Shown here one piece after another: positions 1 to 10,746 of a stretch of 64,000 nucleotides of DNA. The position numbers and the translations under genes are program-made. The DNA lies in assembly GCA_051313645.2 (NCBI GenBank), contig JBNRSN020000029.1, forward strand, positions 49,972,001 to 50,036,000. Reading direction: 5' to 3'. Within the stretch, counting starts at the first letter, position 1, and the number at the start of each line of letters is the position of its first letter. The notes under the pieces were generated by a model. That model was not told the origin of the DNA. It saw only the letters and a program-made list of their open reading frames with translations, and did no database searches. This stretch comes from Centroscyllium fabricii (taxonomy: Eukaryota).

Positions 1-69
1 GACTGCTCCAGCTCCCTTTTTAACTGCTGAGCTAAAGGGGAAGATTAAATTCAGGTGTGGTGGATTTAC

Positions 70-167
70 CTAATTGGGTCGAGAGAAATGGGGACTTTGT
101 CTCCATCTAGTGGCCACATATCGCCCATCCACCACAGACCACCCCTTAAGCTCACAAGATCTATATA
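70..167 (-). CDS. Candidate coding exon of an unidentified minus-strand gene (YIDLVSLRGGLWWMGDMWPLDGDKVPISLDPI)
   Basis: Non-repetitive sequence with CAG acceptor (weak pyrimidine tract) and AG|GTAAAT donor; open in phase 0, compatible with the exon at 1716-1884. Confidence 0.35.
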
Positions 168-442
168 CTGTTTTAACTCAGGTTATGAATTAATTCACTA
201 CCTCCACCCTGTACATTGGTGCTACATTATACATTATGCATATTCTAACATAAACTAAAGTATAATATTACTTTACTTTGGTTACTTCAACAGCCATCAA
301 TGGTTGGGGCTAAAGGAGCGGGGGGGCGGATGCACAAACAGTCAGAGTCGACGGAATGGAGCGGGTGGGGGGGCGGGGGGCTAGGGCTGGAAGTGGTTAC
401 AGAGATGGGGGCGGATGAGGCCATGAAAAGATTTAAACACAA

Positions 443-1705
443 GGCTAAGAGACAGCAGAGAGGAGTGGTGAACGGTTGTTTTTCAGACTGGAGAGAAGTG
501 TACAGTGGTGTTCCCGAGGGGTCAGTATTAGGACCACGCCTCTTTTTGATGTATGTTAATGGCCTGGACTTGGGTATAGGAGGCACATTTTCCAGGTTTG
601 CAGATGACACTAAACTTGGAAATGTAGTAAACAGTGAGGAGGATAGTAACAGACTTCAAGAGGACAAAGGTGAAATGGGCAGACACGTGGGAGATTAAAT
701 TTAATGCAGAGTGGTGTGAAGTGTTGCATATTGGAAGAAGTAATGAGCAGAGGCAATACAGGTAATCCGGCACCCAATGGTCCGACACGAATTGAAACTG
801 GTGGTCTTGAGTTTACGGAGCAGCCGCTTGGCGGCATCACCGTTTCCCGCGAAGGGTGGGCGAGCGCTGAAGGTGTCAGGCATTTGGGTTTCTGCTTTTT
901 TAGTGTTTTATCCCCGGGCTCTCTCCCAGGGAGTGTTCTACCCGCGCGCTCTGGGCCCCGGTGAGTGTTCTATTCCCGGGCCCCGGGGAGTGTTCTATCC
1001 ACACGCTCCAGGCCCCGGGGAGTGATCTACCCACACGCTCCGGGCCCTGGGGAGTGTTCTACCTGCGCTCTCTGGGCCCCGGGGGAGTGTTCCACCCGCA
1101 CGCTCCGGGCCACGGGGAGTGTTCCACCTGCGCCCTCCGGGCCCCGGGGAGTGTTCTACCCGCGCTCTCTGGGCCCCGGGGAGTGTTCTACCCGCACACT
1201 CCGGGCCCCGGGAACTGTTCTACCCGCGCGGTCCAGGCCCCAGGGAGCGTTCTACCCGCGCACTCCGGGCCCCGGGAACTGTTCTACCCCTGAACCTTCA
1301 GTGGTTCACAATTTTCAGTGGTCCGGCATCAGCCTGGTCCCGATGGGTGCCGGATTAACGGTGCTCATCCTGTATAAATCAATGTACTATTTTAAAGGGG
1401 GTGCAGGAACAGAGAGACCGAGGGGTTCACATGCACGAAGCTTGAAAGCTGCCAGGGCAAGGTAGTAAAGCTGTGATAAAAGCACATGGGATTCTTGGCT
1501 TTATAAATAAAGGAGTAAAAACAGAAAAGCAAGGAAGTTGTGCTCAAAGTTTATATATCACAGGATAGGCCTCAACTGAAGTATTGCGTCCAATTCTGGG
1601 CACCACACTTTAGGAAGGATGTCAAGGCCTTGGAGAGGGTGCAGAAGAGATTTACTAGAATAGTATCAGGGATGAGGGGCTTTAGTTATGCGGCAAGAAT
1701 AGAAA
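443..1705 (+). mobile_element. CR1 LINE RT fragment interrupted by a MITE
   Basis: SGVPEGSVLGP..FADDTKLG motifs; the CR1 sequence resumes after the TA-flanked insertion at 759-1372. Confidence 0.9.
759..1372. mobile_element. pogo/Tigger-like MITE with internal ~32-bp GC-rich tandem repeat (about 910-1290)
   Basis: TA at 757-758 and 1373-1374; termini CAGG..TAATCCGGCACCC and GGGTGCCGGATTAA..CCTG. Confidence 0.85.
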
Positions 1706-1715
1706 ATCAATAGAC

Positions 1716-1884
1716 CTGTATATCAGACGCTGCGTATAATGGCCGCTCAGTCCGATACCACCCGTCTTGTGCCACTGCCCGAGATGAACTTCCAGGCCAC
1801 ATTATTTCAGTAACGCTAGATTCAGCATTTTTATCAACAATACTGCAGCAGACTGGGATCATAGTGCTTTGAAGTGTGAATGAG
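1716..1884 (-). CDS. Candidate coding exon of an unidentified minus-strand gene (SFTLQSTMIPVCCSIVDK...DGWYRTERPLYAASDIQ)
   Basis: Unique island between repeats; strong acceptor ttctttttgtttttgtatag; only one frame open; CAG|GTCTAT donor. Confidence 0.5.
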
Positions 1885-2307
1885 CTATACAAAAACAAAA
1901 AGAATTTGTGCCTTTCACAACTTCAGGATGTCCAAAAGCGTTTTACAGCCAATGAAGTGTTTTTGAAGTGGAGTCACTGTTGTAATGTAGGCAATGTGGC
2001 AGCCATTTTGTGCACAGCAAGATCCCACAAACTGCAATGTGATAATGGTCAGATAATCTGTTTGTCATAGTAATACAGCCCAGAAAGAGGCCCTTTGGCC
2101 CATCGTGTCTGCACCGGCCATCAAGCCCAGTCTCTGCTAATCCCATTTTCCAGCACTTGGTCCGTAGCCTTGTATGCTATGGCGTTTCAAGTGCTCATCT
2201 AAATGCTTCTTGAATGATGTGATGTGGAGATGCCGGTGTTGGACTGGGGTGGACAAATGTAAGAAGTCACTCAACACCAGGTTATAGTCCATCAGCTTTA
2301 TTTGAAA

Positions 2308-2344
2308 TCACAAGCTTTCAGAGCGCTGCTCCTTCATCAGGTGA
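2308..2344 (-). ncRNA. Minimal hammerhead ribozyme motif (Penelope type)
   Basis: TCAC-CTGATGA-A-GGAG CAGCG CTCT-GAAA-GCTT-GTGA on the minus strand. Confidence 0.7.
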
Positions 2345-2372
2345 AGTGAAGAAATGCACATAAGCACAGCAG

Positions 2373-2650
2373 TGTAGTGCATGCAGGCCTGAAGAACCAC
2401 GCTAGAGACAGTGAGATCGGATAACACTCATTTAATAGTTAACACTGCAAGGGCCAGGTAGCGAAGAGACTGAGCCACCTGGAACAGGCATATTTAAAGG
2501 GCCCGCGGTTGGTGACGTCACTGCCGGAAGTCCCGGTGACGTCATCACGCCGGAAGTCACGATGATGTCATCACGCTGCCCGGCGGGCGGGGCCGTGTCC
2601 CGCAGTACTCCCGAGGCGGATTCGTTGGTCTTGGTGGGCATGTCGCCACA
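2373..2650 (-). mobile_element. Solo LTR of the Gypsy family at 20860/26519
   Basis: TG..CA termini; 4-bp TSD GCAG (2369-2372, 2651-2654); clear similarity to the LTR at 26519-26798. Confidence 0.93.
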
Positions 2651-2717
2651 GCAGATATATAGTCACAGAACACTTCTCTGACTATATATATGCTGTGCCT
2701 ATATGAATCTCTTCACT

Positions 2718-2754
2718 TCACCTGACGAAAGAGCAGCGCTCTGAAAGCTTGTGA
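2718..2754 (+). ncRNA. Minimal hammerhead ribozyme motif (Penelope type)
   Basis: TCAC-CTGACGA-A-AGAG CAGCG CTCT-GAAA-GCTT-GTGA: stem I, core, stem II and palindromic stem III. Confidence 0.75.
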
Positions 2755-3084
2755 TTTCTAATAAAGCTGTTGGACTATAACTTGGTGTTGTGTGACTTCT
2801 TACATTCTTGAATGTTGTGAGGGTTCCTGCTTCTACCACTCTTCAGGCAGTGAGTTCCAGATTCCAACCACCCTCTGGGTGAAAAAATTCTTCCTCAAAT
2901 TCCCTCTAAACCTCCAGCCCCTTACCTTGAAACTATGCCCCCTGGTTATTGACCCCTCTACTAGGGGGAAAAGTTCCTTTCTATCTATGCCCCTCATAAT
3001 TTTGTACACCTCAATCAGGTCCCCCCTCAGCCTTCTCTGCTCTAAGGAAAACCACCCCAGCCTGTCCAGTTTGTCTGGGATTTT

Positions 3085-3360
3085 GATTAAGTGACAAATA
3101 TTGGCCAGGACACTGGGGAGAACTCCACTACTTTTCTTCAAAATAGTGCCCTGGGATCTTTTACGTCCACCTGAGAGAGCAGACAAGGCCTCGGTTTAAC
3201 GTCTCATCCGAAAGACGGCACCTCCGACAGTGCAGCGCTCCCTCAGTACGGCACTGGAGTGTCATCCTGGATTTTGTGCTCAAGTTCTTGGAGTGGGACT
3301 TGAACCCACAACCTTCTGACTCCAAGGCGAGAGAGTGTTACCTACTGAACCGCGGCTGGA
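3085..3360 (-). mobile_element. tRNA-derived SINE (DeuSINE/SacSINE-like)
   Basis: Minus-strand GAGTCAGAAGGTTGTGGGTTCAAGTCCCACTCCA tRNA-like head; related copies near 26060, 38890 and 42770. Confidence 0.7.
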
Positions 3361-3466
3361 AAAGGGAGGACTGTTTTGTACAATCCAGCAACATTTCAGG
3401 CTATTGTGAGAAGTTCACTCCTTGGAATTCTAAAACTGGGGAACTACCCTGCTCCCTCATCAAAGC

Positions 3467-3700
3467 AAGAAGTCACACAACACCAGATTATAGTCCAACG
3501 GTTTTATTTTAAATCACAAGCTTTCGGAGCGTCTGCCCCTTCATCAGGTGGACAGAGAGAGACTCATCAAAGGATAGAGTCTAACTAGGTAGCGGACAGA
3601 AAAGGTGCGCTCCACATAGTACGGGACATGAGGTGTGCTTACAGGAGTGACAGGTGAGGCTGAACTTGCATTCCCACCTTCAGTGACTTCATCAGTCACT
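3467..3700 (-). mobile_element. Penelope-like fragment with hammerhead motif at 3514-3551
   Basis: Same terminal repeat as 2260-2345; CCAC-CTGATGA-A-GGGGC AGAC GCTCC-GAAA-GCTT-GTGA. Confidence 0.65.
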
Positions 3701-3918
3701 GAAAGTGGGAATGCAAGTGCAGCAGGCGGTCAAGTGCAGCAGGCGGTCAAGAAAGCAAATGGCATGATGGCCTTCATAGCAAGGGGATTTGAGTACAGGA
3801 GTAGGGAGGTGATGCTACAGTTGTACCGGGCCTTGTTGAGGCCACACCTGGAGTATTGTGTGCAGTTTTGGTCTCCTAACTTGAGGAAGGACATTCTTGC
3901 TATTGAGGGAGTGCTGCG

Positions 3919-6611
3919 CAATCTATATCCCCCCTATAGAATCCCCATACTGCAAAGAGGACACCTTCCCCACTATTGAGAGAGAGATTAACCATTTCCA
4001 GGCCCTGGGAAACGTGTTGATCTGCGGGGACCTAAACGCAAGAACTGGTTAAGAACCAGACTTTATCAGTTCTAGGGGGAATAGTTACATTTTTGGGAAT
4101 AATCATTTTGATCTCCCTTCCCACTCACACAGGAACAATTATGACAAACAAACAAACGCATATGGAAAACAGCTCCTGCAGCTCTGTCGAAGCCTGGGGC
4201 TGTACATTGTCAATGGTAGGCTCAAAGGGGACTCCCTAGGAAGACCAACCTACTCTTCACTTCTTGGCACCAGCACCGTAGACTATATGATTACGACCAA
4301 GAAAGCAGGTGGCGCAGATGGCATACTAAACGAGATGCTGAAACACACAGATGATAAAATGAAATTGGCTATCCTAAAACTCTTCAACTTGGTTCTGAGT
4401 GTCGGTTACTTCCCTGAAGTCTGGAACAAAGGACTCATAACACCCATATTTAAAAGTGGAGACAAACTTGACCCAAACAATTACAGAGGCATCTGTGTGA
4501 GCAGTAATCTGGGGAAGGTATTCTGTAGTATCATAAACAAAAGACTCACAAGCTTTCTTACGGAGCACAATGTCCTGAGTAACAGCCAAATTGGATTCCT
4601 ACCAAATTATAGAACCTCTGACCATATTTTCACCCTACACACCAAAACAAAAACAAAATTTTTGCCTGCTTTATAGATTTCCAAAAGGCATTCGCTTCTA
4701 TTTGGCACGATGGTCTATTCCTAAAACTCATCGAAAGTGGGATAGGGGGAAAAACATATGATGTGATTAAATCAATGTACACAGGTAACAAATGTGCAGT
4801 TAAAATCGGAGATAAACAAACAAAATATTTCCCACAGGGGCGTGGCGTGGCACAGGGCTCGTCTATCTCACCTACTCTTTTTAACATTTATATAAATGAA
4901 CTGGCAAAAACACTGGAACAATTTACAGCACCTGGCCTCGCCCTACATGACTCCGAGGTTAAATTCCTCCTGTATGCAGATGATCTGGTTCTGCTGTCAC
5001 CGACAGAAGAGGGTCTACGGCAGAACCTTGATCGGTTAGAGTCATTCTGCCAGAATTGGGCCTTGAAAATAAACCCCAAAAAAAACAAAGTTCTTGTGTT
5101 CCAGCAAAGATCCAGACATCAGGGAACCAAAACAAACTTCACACTAGGAGCAACAAAAATTGAACAAACTACAAACTACACATACTTAGGCTTAAAAATC
5201 AGTTCCACGGGAAATTTTCACTTGGCTGTGAATGAACTGAAAGAGAAAGCGAGAAGGGCATTCTATGCCATTAAGAAGTCAATCCAAATAGAAATTCCAC
5301 CTGGCATTTGGATCAAAATTTTTAATTCAGTAATTGAACCAATTGCACTTTATGGCAGCGAGGTGTGGGGTCTGCTAACACACCACGAATTTGCAAAATG
5401 GGACAAACACCCAATTGAGACCCTACATGCTGAGTTCTGTAAGAGTATCCTTCGGACTCAGAGGAAAACCACAAACAATGCATGCAGGGCAGAGTTAGGC
5501 CAATACCCACTACTAATTAATATCCAAAAAAGAGCAATCAAATTCTGGAAACATCTAAAATTGAGCAACCCCCACAGTTATCACTACAAAGCCCTGAAAT
5601 GCCAAGAAGCGAACATAAAGAGAAGTCCCCTCAGCCAACTAGTCCTGGGACTTAGCGAAGTAACTACTAACACTACTGTTAACAACCAACTTAGCGGAGA
5701 AACTACTAACACTACTGGTAACAACCAGCCCCTGGACAGTGACGTCCTAGCACTCAGAATCCGACCCAACACAATTATTACTAAACAAAACGAAAAATAC
5801 CTGAATTACTGGACAGAAATGACAAAAACCCAAAACAAACTAGATTGTTATTTGGCCCTAAACAGACAGTACACCATGGCTGATTCCCTGTCCGTGGTGA
5901 AAGATAGCAAACTGAGAAAAACCCTGACAATGTACAGACTTTGCGAGCACAGCCTAGCCATCGAAAAAGGCAGACACAGAAAGACTTGGCTGCCCAGAGA
6001 GGAAAGGCTGTGCTCCCACTGCAGTCAGGGAGTGGTGGAGACAGAGCTGCACTTCCTCACAACTTGCGAAAATTATCAGGGAATAAGGGGAAATTTCTTC
6101 CCAAAATTTGCAACAACATGCCCTGAATTCAAAAATTTGAACGACCACCAAAAACTCCCATACCTATTGGGGGAACAGAGGGACTGTGTAAAATTAGCGG
6201 CAAACTACGTCACAGCTTGCCATAAGCAGAGGGACAACCAGTGACCACTGAAGCTAGGAAGAGCATACAAGCTCTATATGTGGGTATATATGTATGTGTG
6301 TGCGTAGCTATTCATTCAATACGTCAGGTTATGCATTTGTATGTCCAATTGTATATGTTCTTTCTAGATCTATATGCGGGTTTTTATGTGTATGTGTATG
6401 CATAGTTATTCATTCAATAAGTCTGGTTATGCATTTGTATGTCCAACTGTATTCTATATGCGGGTTTTTATGTGTATGTGTATGCATAGTTATTCATTCA
6501 ATACGTCTAGTTATGCATTTGTATGTCCAACTGTATATGTTCTTTTTTGTGCTTTGGCAACATAGGATGTATCTTGTCATGCCAATAAAGCAATTTGAAT
6601 TGAATTGAATT
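3919..6611 (+). mobile_element. RTE-X-like non-LTR retrotransposon, 5'-truncated and internally deleted
   Basis: APE endonuclease motifs (YIPP, GDLNART, VDY), RT, AATAAA plus (TTGAA)n tail; TSD GAGTGC(T/A)GCG at 3909-3918 and 6612-6621. Confidence 0.85.
4763..6244 (+). CDS. LINE reverse transcriptase C-terminal part with Cys/His motif
   Basis: GVAQGSSISPTLFNIYINEL, LLYADD, LAIEKGRH..RLCSHC..ETELHFLTTC. Confidence 0.9.
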   Translation: MIKSMYTGNKCAVKIGDKQTKYFPQGRGVAQGSSISPTLFNIYINELAKTLEQFTAPGLALHDSEVKFLLYADDLVLLSPTEEGLRQNLDRLESFCQNWALKINPKKNKVLVFQQRSRHQGTKTNFTLGATKIEQTTNYTYLGLKISSTGNFHLAVNELKEKARRAFYAIKKSIQIEIPPGIWIKIFNSVIEPIALYGSEVWGLLTHHEFAKWDKHPIETLHAEFCKSILRTQRKTTNNACRAELGQYPLLINIQKRAIKFWKHLKLSNPHSYHYKALKCQEANIKRSPLSQLVLGLSEVTTNTTVNNQLSGETTNTTGNNQPLDSDVLALRIRPNTIITKQNEKYLNYWTEMTKTQNKLDCYLALNRQYTMADSLSVVKDSKLRKTLTMYRLCEHSLAIEKGRHRKTWLPREERLCSHCSQGVVETELHFLTTCENYQGIRGNFFPKFATTCPEFKNLNDHQKLPYLLGEQRDCVKLAANYVTACHKQRDNQ

Positions 6612-8924
6612 GAGTGCAGCGAAGGTTCACTAGATTGATTCCCGGGATGGCCGGACTGACATATCAAGAAAGCCTGGATCAACTGAACTTGTATCGTCTG
6701 GAGTTCAGAAGAATGAGGGGGGATCTTATAGAGACATTTAAAATCCTGACTGGTTTAGACAAGTTAGATGCGGGCAGAATGTTTCCAATGTTAGGGAAGA
6801 CTAGAACCAGGGGTCACAGTCTAAGGCTAAGGATAAAGGGGAGGCCATTTAAAACTGAGATGAGGAGAACACCTTCACCCAGAGAGTGGTGAATCTGTGG
6901 AATTCTCTGCCACAGAAGTTTGTTGAGGCCTGTTCGCTAAATATATTCAAAAGGGAGTTAGATATAATACTCACAACTAGGGGGATCAAGGGGTATGGCG
7001 AGAAAGCAGGAATGGGGTACTGAGGTAGCATGTTCAGCCATGAACGTATTAAATGGCGGTGCAGGCTCGAAGGGCCGAATGGTCTACTCCTGCACCTATT
7101 TTCTATGTTTCTATGGACATATTTCTTAGGGCTAAAGGGATATGGGGAGAAAGCAGGGACCGGGTACTGAATTTGGATGATCAGCCGTGAATGGAGGGGC
7201 AGGCTCGAGGGCCGAATGGCCTACTCCTGCTCCTATCATCCATGTTTCTATGTGTTTGGTGGTGGGATCATTTCGTGCTAAAACCAGACAGTTGTGACAA
7301 TTAGCAGTAATCTTCTTCCAAATTAAAATTTCCTACCATTTCTCCATTTAGAGAATAGCCGTAATGCAGAGATTTTCTCCTCCTATTACCCCTGACTGTT
7401 GTCAGTGTGATTGTGATCAGGGAAGTGTTCACTGCTATTCATATGCATCAACCTGCAAACCCGTGAATCATGGCAAATGGTCGATATTTGAAACTCAGCC
7501 AAAACTCTTCTGCCTGTGTCCTGAATCGCACCAAGTCCCGTTCACTCCCGGTCTGGCAACGCCTCCATTTTAAAATTCTCATCCTTGTTTTCAAATCCCT
7601 CAATGGCCTCGCCCCTCCCTATCTCTGTACCCTTCTCCAGCCCTCTGAGATCTATGCGCTCACTTGGGTGTCAGTGTAACAGTCAGTTAGGTGTCCAAAG
7701 CAGTGGTCAGACAGCAGACCACTGCAGGTGCCACCTGATGCAGTTGTTATGTCTGACATCTTGCGAATGGCCCTTCCACATTGAAACCTTATGCAGGCTG
7801 GACAGCAATCGGGCAGGCCTCACAGATATGCAAGGATGCAGACGCAACATGGCACAAGGACTTACAGCAAGACGCATGAGGTTCAATAACAGACTGCAGC
7901 TCAATGGTTAACAGTGAAGGTCCTTGAAATCAGCCTACCTTCATGGTGACGCACACCAGCGAACAGAGGGACTGTATGACCGATGTGTGGTCCAAAGGAT
8001 GACCAGGTTAACTGAACAAACCACTGATGTTTTTGCTACACCAGCAAACACACCTCAGGGCTGAACTTTAACACGAACAAAACTTTAAAAGGATGGAGGT
8101 GGGCAAAGAAAAGATGGACCAACTGGCCAAAGTACCCACGCATCCAACATCATCTGGCTGCAACTGGCCCCTCACAGCACCTGACCCTGATGGAATGGCC
8201 AAGGAGCCATGGTGCCAGCATGCCTCAGCTCTCACACATCAAACAAGATCAGGTGGGTGAAGACCCACCAGACATTGACCCTCACCACACTCCACAGCTC
8301 CTGCCTCATGTCCGGGTGCGTTGCCCTGGTTTGTCAGAATGTGTCACTCTTGAAAAGAGAGGGGCAGCACGTGAGAGGGGGGAACATGATTGACAATGGT
8401 TATGAAGTTGCAAGCTCAAAACTGGACTGGCTGAGGTGCAGCATTGCTGATAATGACATTTTGACCGTTTCAACCTGCATGTCTGCAGCTGAGATGCCTG
8501 GGACATCATTAATGCAGTGATTCATAAGTGCTGGTCATCAGTTGAACAACCATGCATGTGGCCATGTTTGCTTAATGTCTTTACTAAACAGCATGTTGCA
8601 GTTGCAACCTGTGGTAACCCTTTTATGTAACCGTTTTACCACTGTATTATTGTGACAATAATGGGCTGTGCAGATGTAAGGCACAGCCCTGTATACTGTG
8701 TAATACTGTTGGGAGCCAGGTCAGCCACACCTCCAACTCCTCCCCCAGGTGAGGCCCTTTATAGGTGGAAACTGACCGAGGCTCCTCATTCCTGTACAGA
8801 AGTTCGTTCCGGAGGGTAGCTCCGTTCTTAGCGATTAAAAGCCTTTAGTTTCGGTAACTACTCGTCGACTATTTTAATCTGAGGTATTGACGATACGTCA
8901 ATTTTAATCGCTAAATATTTTAAG

Positions 8925-9728
8925 ATGGAGAGCAGCGCAGTTAAACCTGAGAAGCTGGACATCAGTCCCCAGGACCCTGCCGCTGCAACCACGTTCGAAC
9001 ACTGGTTCGGCCTCCTGGAGGCCTACATGGACGCCGCCAAGGCTACAACTGACGGGAACAAATTACAGGTCCTCCGGTCGAGGATCTCCAGCAGGGTATT
9101 CACCCTCATCAGGAATGCCTCAACCTACACAGCGGCCGTACGACAACTACGAAAATGCTACGAGCGCCCGGTCCACTCGGTCTACGCCCGACATGTGCTT
9201 GCGACCAGATCTCAGCTACCGGGTGAGTCCAATGAGCAGTTCGAGCAAGCGCTCCTGGCCCTGGTACGGGTCTGTGGCTGCCAAGTCAGAACAGCTGAAG
9301 AGGAGGCAGAACTCCTCGTTCGGGACGCTTACGTTACGGGACTAAGGTGTGTGGAAGCCCGCCAGCGGCTACTGGAGAAAGACAATCTATCCCTCGAGGA
9401 GGCGACTAAGATAGCCAAATCAGTAGAGGGGGCCCGAAACAAGTTACAGGCATACAGCGGCACTAACCCGCAAGCCTACAACATATGGGCCGCGCCACAA
9501 CAGGCCCAGGCCTGGGCAGCACCACAACGGGCCGAGACCCCCACGATGGCTGTGACAGCCACGAAAGATAAGCGCTGCTACTTCTGCAGCCAGGGACTGC
9601 ACCCAAGAGCGAAATGCCCAGCCAGGACAGCGACCTGCGAGAGATGCGCTAAGAAAGGACATTACGCTAAAGCCTGCAGATCAGCTCCAGCAGCGCCTAA
9701 CCCAAGGTACAACAGTGGAGCCTGTTAG
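8925..9728 (+). CDS. gag: Gypsy Gag with two zinc knuckles
   Basis: CYFCSQGLHPRAKC and CERCAKKGHYAKAC; TAG stop is in frame with the downstream protease ORF. Confidence 0.9.
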   Translation: MESSAVKPEKLDISPQDPAAATTFEHWFGLLEAYMDAAKATTDGNKLQVLRSRISSRVFTLIRNASTYTAAVRQLRKCYERPVHSVYARHVLATRSQLPGESNEQFEQALLALVRVCGCQVRTAEEEAELLVRDAYVTGLRCVEARQRLLEKDNLSLEEATKIAKSVEGARNKLQAYSGTNPQAYNIWAAPQQAQAWAAPQRAETPTMAVTATKDKRCYFCSQGLHPRAKCPARTATCERCAKKGHYAKACRSAPAAPNPRYNSGAC

Positions 9729-9818
9729 AGCACCGACAGACACCAGGTAAGCTGCAATAGCAGCGCGATCCAGCGACGTTCCGGGGGTAGACAACAAGCG
9801 CCCCCATCTCCCACCCCG

Positions 9819-10577
9819 ATGCGGCAAAGGCCAGCCGAGCGCGACCCCCCAACGCGGCCGGCTGCGTGCGAATCACGGGCACCACCAACCCGACCACCGT
9901 GGCCCGCTGCGTGCGAATCACGGGCACCGCCAACCCGATCACCACGGTCTGCTGCGTGCGAATCACGGGCACCGCCAGCGCGTTCACAGGGCCCCACCAT
10001 GTGCGACCCCTCGGTGACGCCATTTTGTATCCAGGGCCCCTCCATGTGCGAGCCAGGGGCGATGCCATTTTGCATCCAGAGCCCCGCCATGTGCGGGCCA
10101 GGGGCGCCGCCATCTTGTATCCAGGGCTCCACCATGTGTGAGCCAGGGGCGCCGCCATCTTGTGCACAGCCCCGACCAGCAGGGGCTGCGGCAGCCAGAA
10201 TCAGAGTGAACCAGGACAGGCCACATACCCTGTCTAACTCTATAATGCCGATTAAGATTAATGACTACACCGTTGACTGCCTTTTTGACACAGGGAGCAC
10301 TGAGAGTTTCGTACATCCCGATACAGTGCAGCGCTGCGGACTGCAGGTCCTGCCCACTAACTACCAAGTCTCCCTAGCTTCACAGTCCCACACCGCGGAC
10401 GTCACCGGCTACTGCTCCGTCACGCTCACCGTCAAGGGGCGCGTGTACCGTAATTTTAAATTGTATACCCTCCAGCAGTTGTGTGCCCCAGCCTTACTAG
10501 GTTTGGATTTCCAGTGCCACCTCAAGAGCGTGACAATGGAGTTCGGCGGGACCTTGCCCCCCCCTCACCGTCAGTAG
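9819..10577 (+). CDS. Repeat-rich linker and aspartic protease; frameshifted into pol at the poly-C near 10560
   Basis: LFDTGSTESF and ALLGLDF motifs. Confidence 0.85.
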   Translation: MRQRPAERDPPTRPAACESRAPPTRPPWPAACESRAPPTRSPRSAACESRAPPARSQGPTMCDPSVTPFCIQGPSMCEPGAMPFCIQSPAMCGPGAPPSCIQGSTMCEPGAPPSCAQPRPAGAAAARIRVNQDRPHTLSNSIMPIKINDYTVDCLFDTGSTESFVHPDTVQRCGLQVLPTNYQVSLASQSHTADVTGYCSVTLTVKGRVYRNFKLYTLQQLCAPALLGLDFQCHLKSVTMEFGGTLPPPHRQ

Positions 10578-10746
10578 CCGGGACAATCCCTTCCCAAAGC
10601 GGAGCCCAGCCTGCGGCCTCTCCACCCTGAAAATCGACCCCCCCTCGCTGTTCGCCAACCTCGATCCGAAGTGCAAACCCATTGCTACTAAGAGTCGGCG
10701 GTACAGTGAGGGGGATCGCACGTTTATCAGGTCGGAGGTCGGGCGG

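Larger units (their letters stand above)
2217..2804. mobile_element. Penelope-like element remnant with inverted terminal repeats
   Basis: Direct repeat TTCTTGAATG at 2207-2216 and 2805-2814; about 2260-2370 is an inverted copy of about 2690-2804; each arm holds a hammerhead core. Confidence 0.75.
2066..3075 (-). mobile_element. CR1 LINE 3' fragment, interrupted by a Penelope-like insert
   Basis: LDRLGWFSLEQRRLRGDLIEVYKI..KNFFTQRVVGIWNSLP. Confidence 0.85.
3706..7250 (+). mobile_element. CR1 LINE 3' portion split by the RTE-X-like insertion
   Basis: ..[20 protein letters not shown] (to 3918) continues as QRRFTRLIPG.. at 6614, followed by a CR1 3' UTR ending TTCTATG. Confidence 0.9.

Noticed and set aside
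961-1465. Pro/Gly-rich ORFs
   Set aside because: Translations of the MITE's internal tandem repeat
1716-1884. EIMWPGSS resembles the NEU1 LWPGPS motif
   Set aside because: Only a few residues match; no Asp-box or other sialidase motif
7330-7452. Additional minus-strand exon candidates
   Set aside because: Several incompatible frames and weak splice sites; none can be supported
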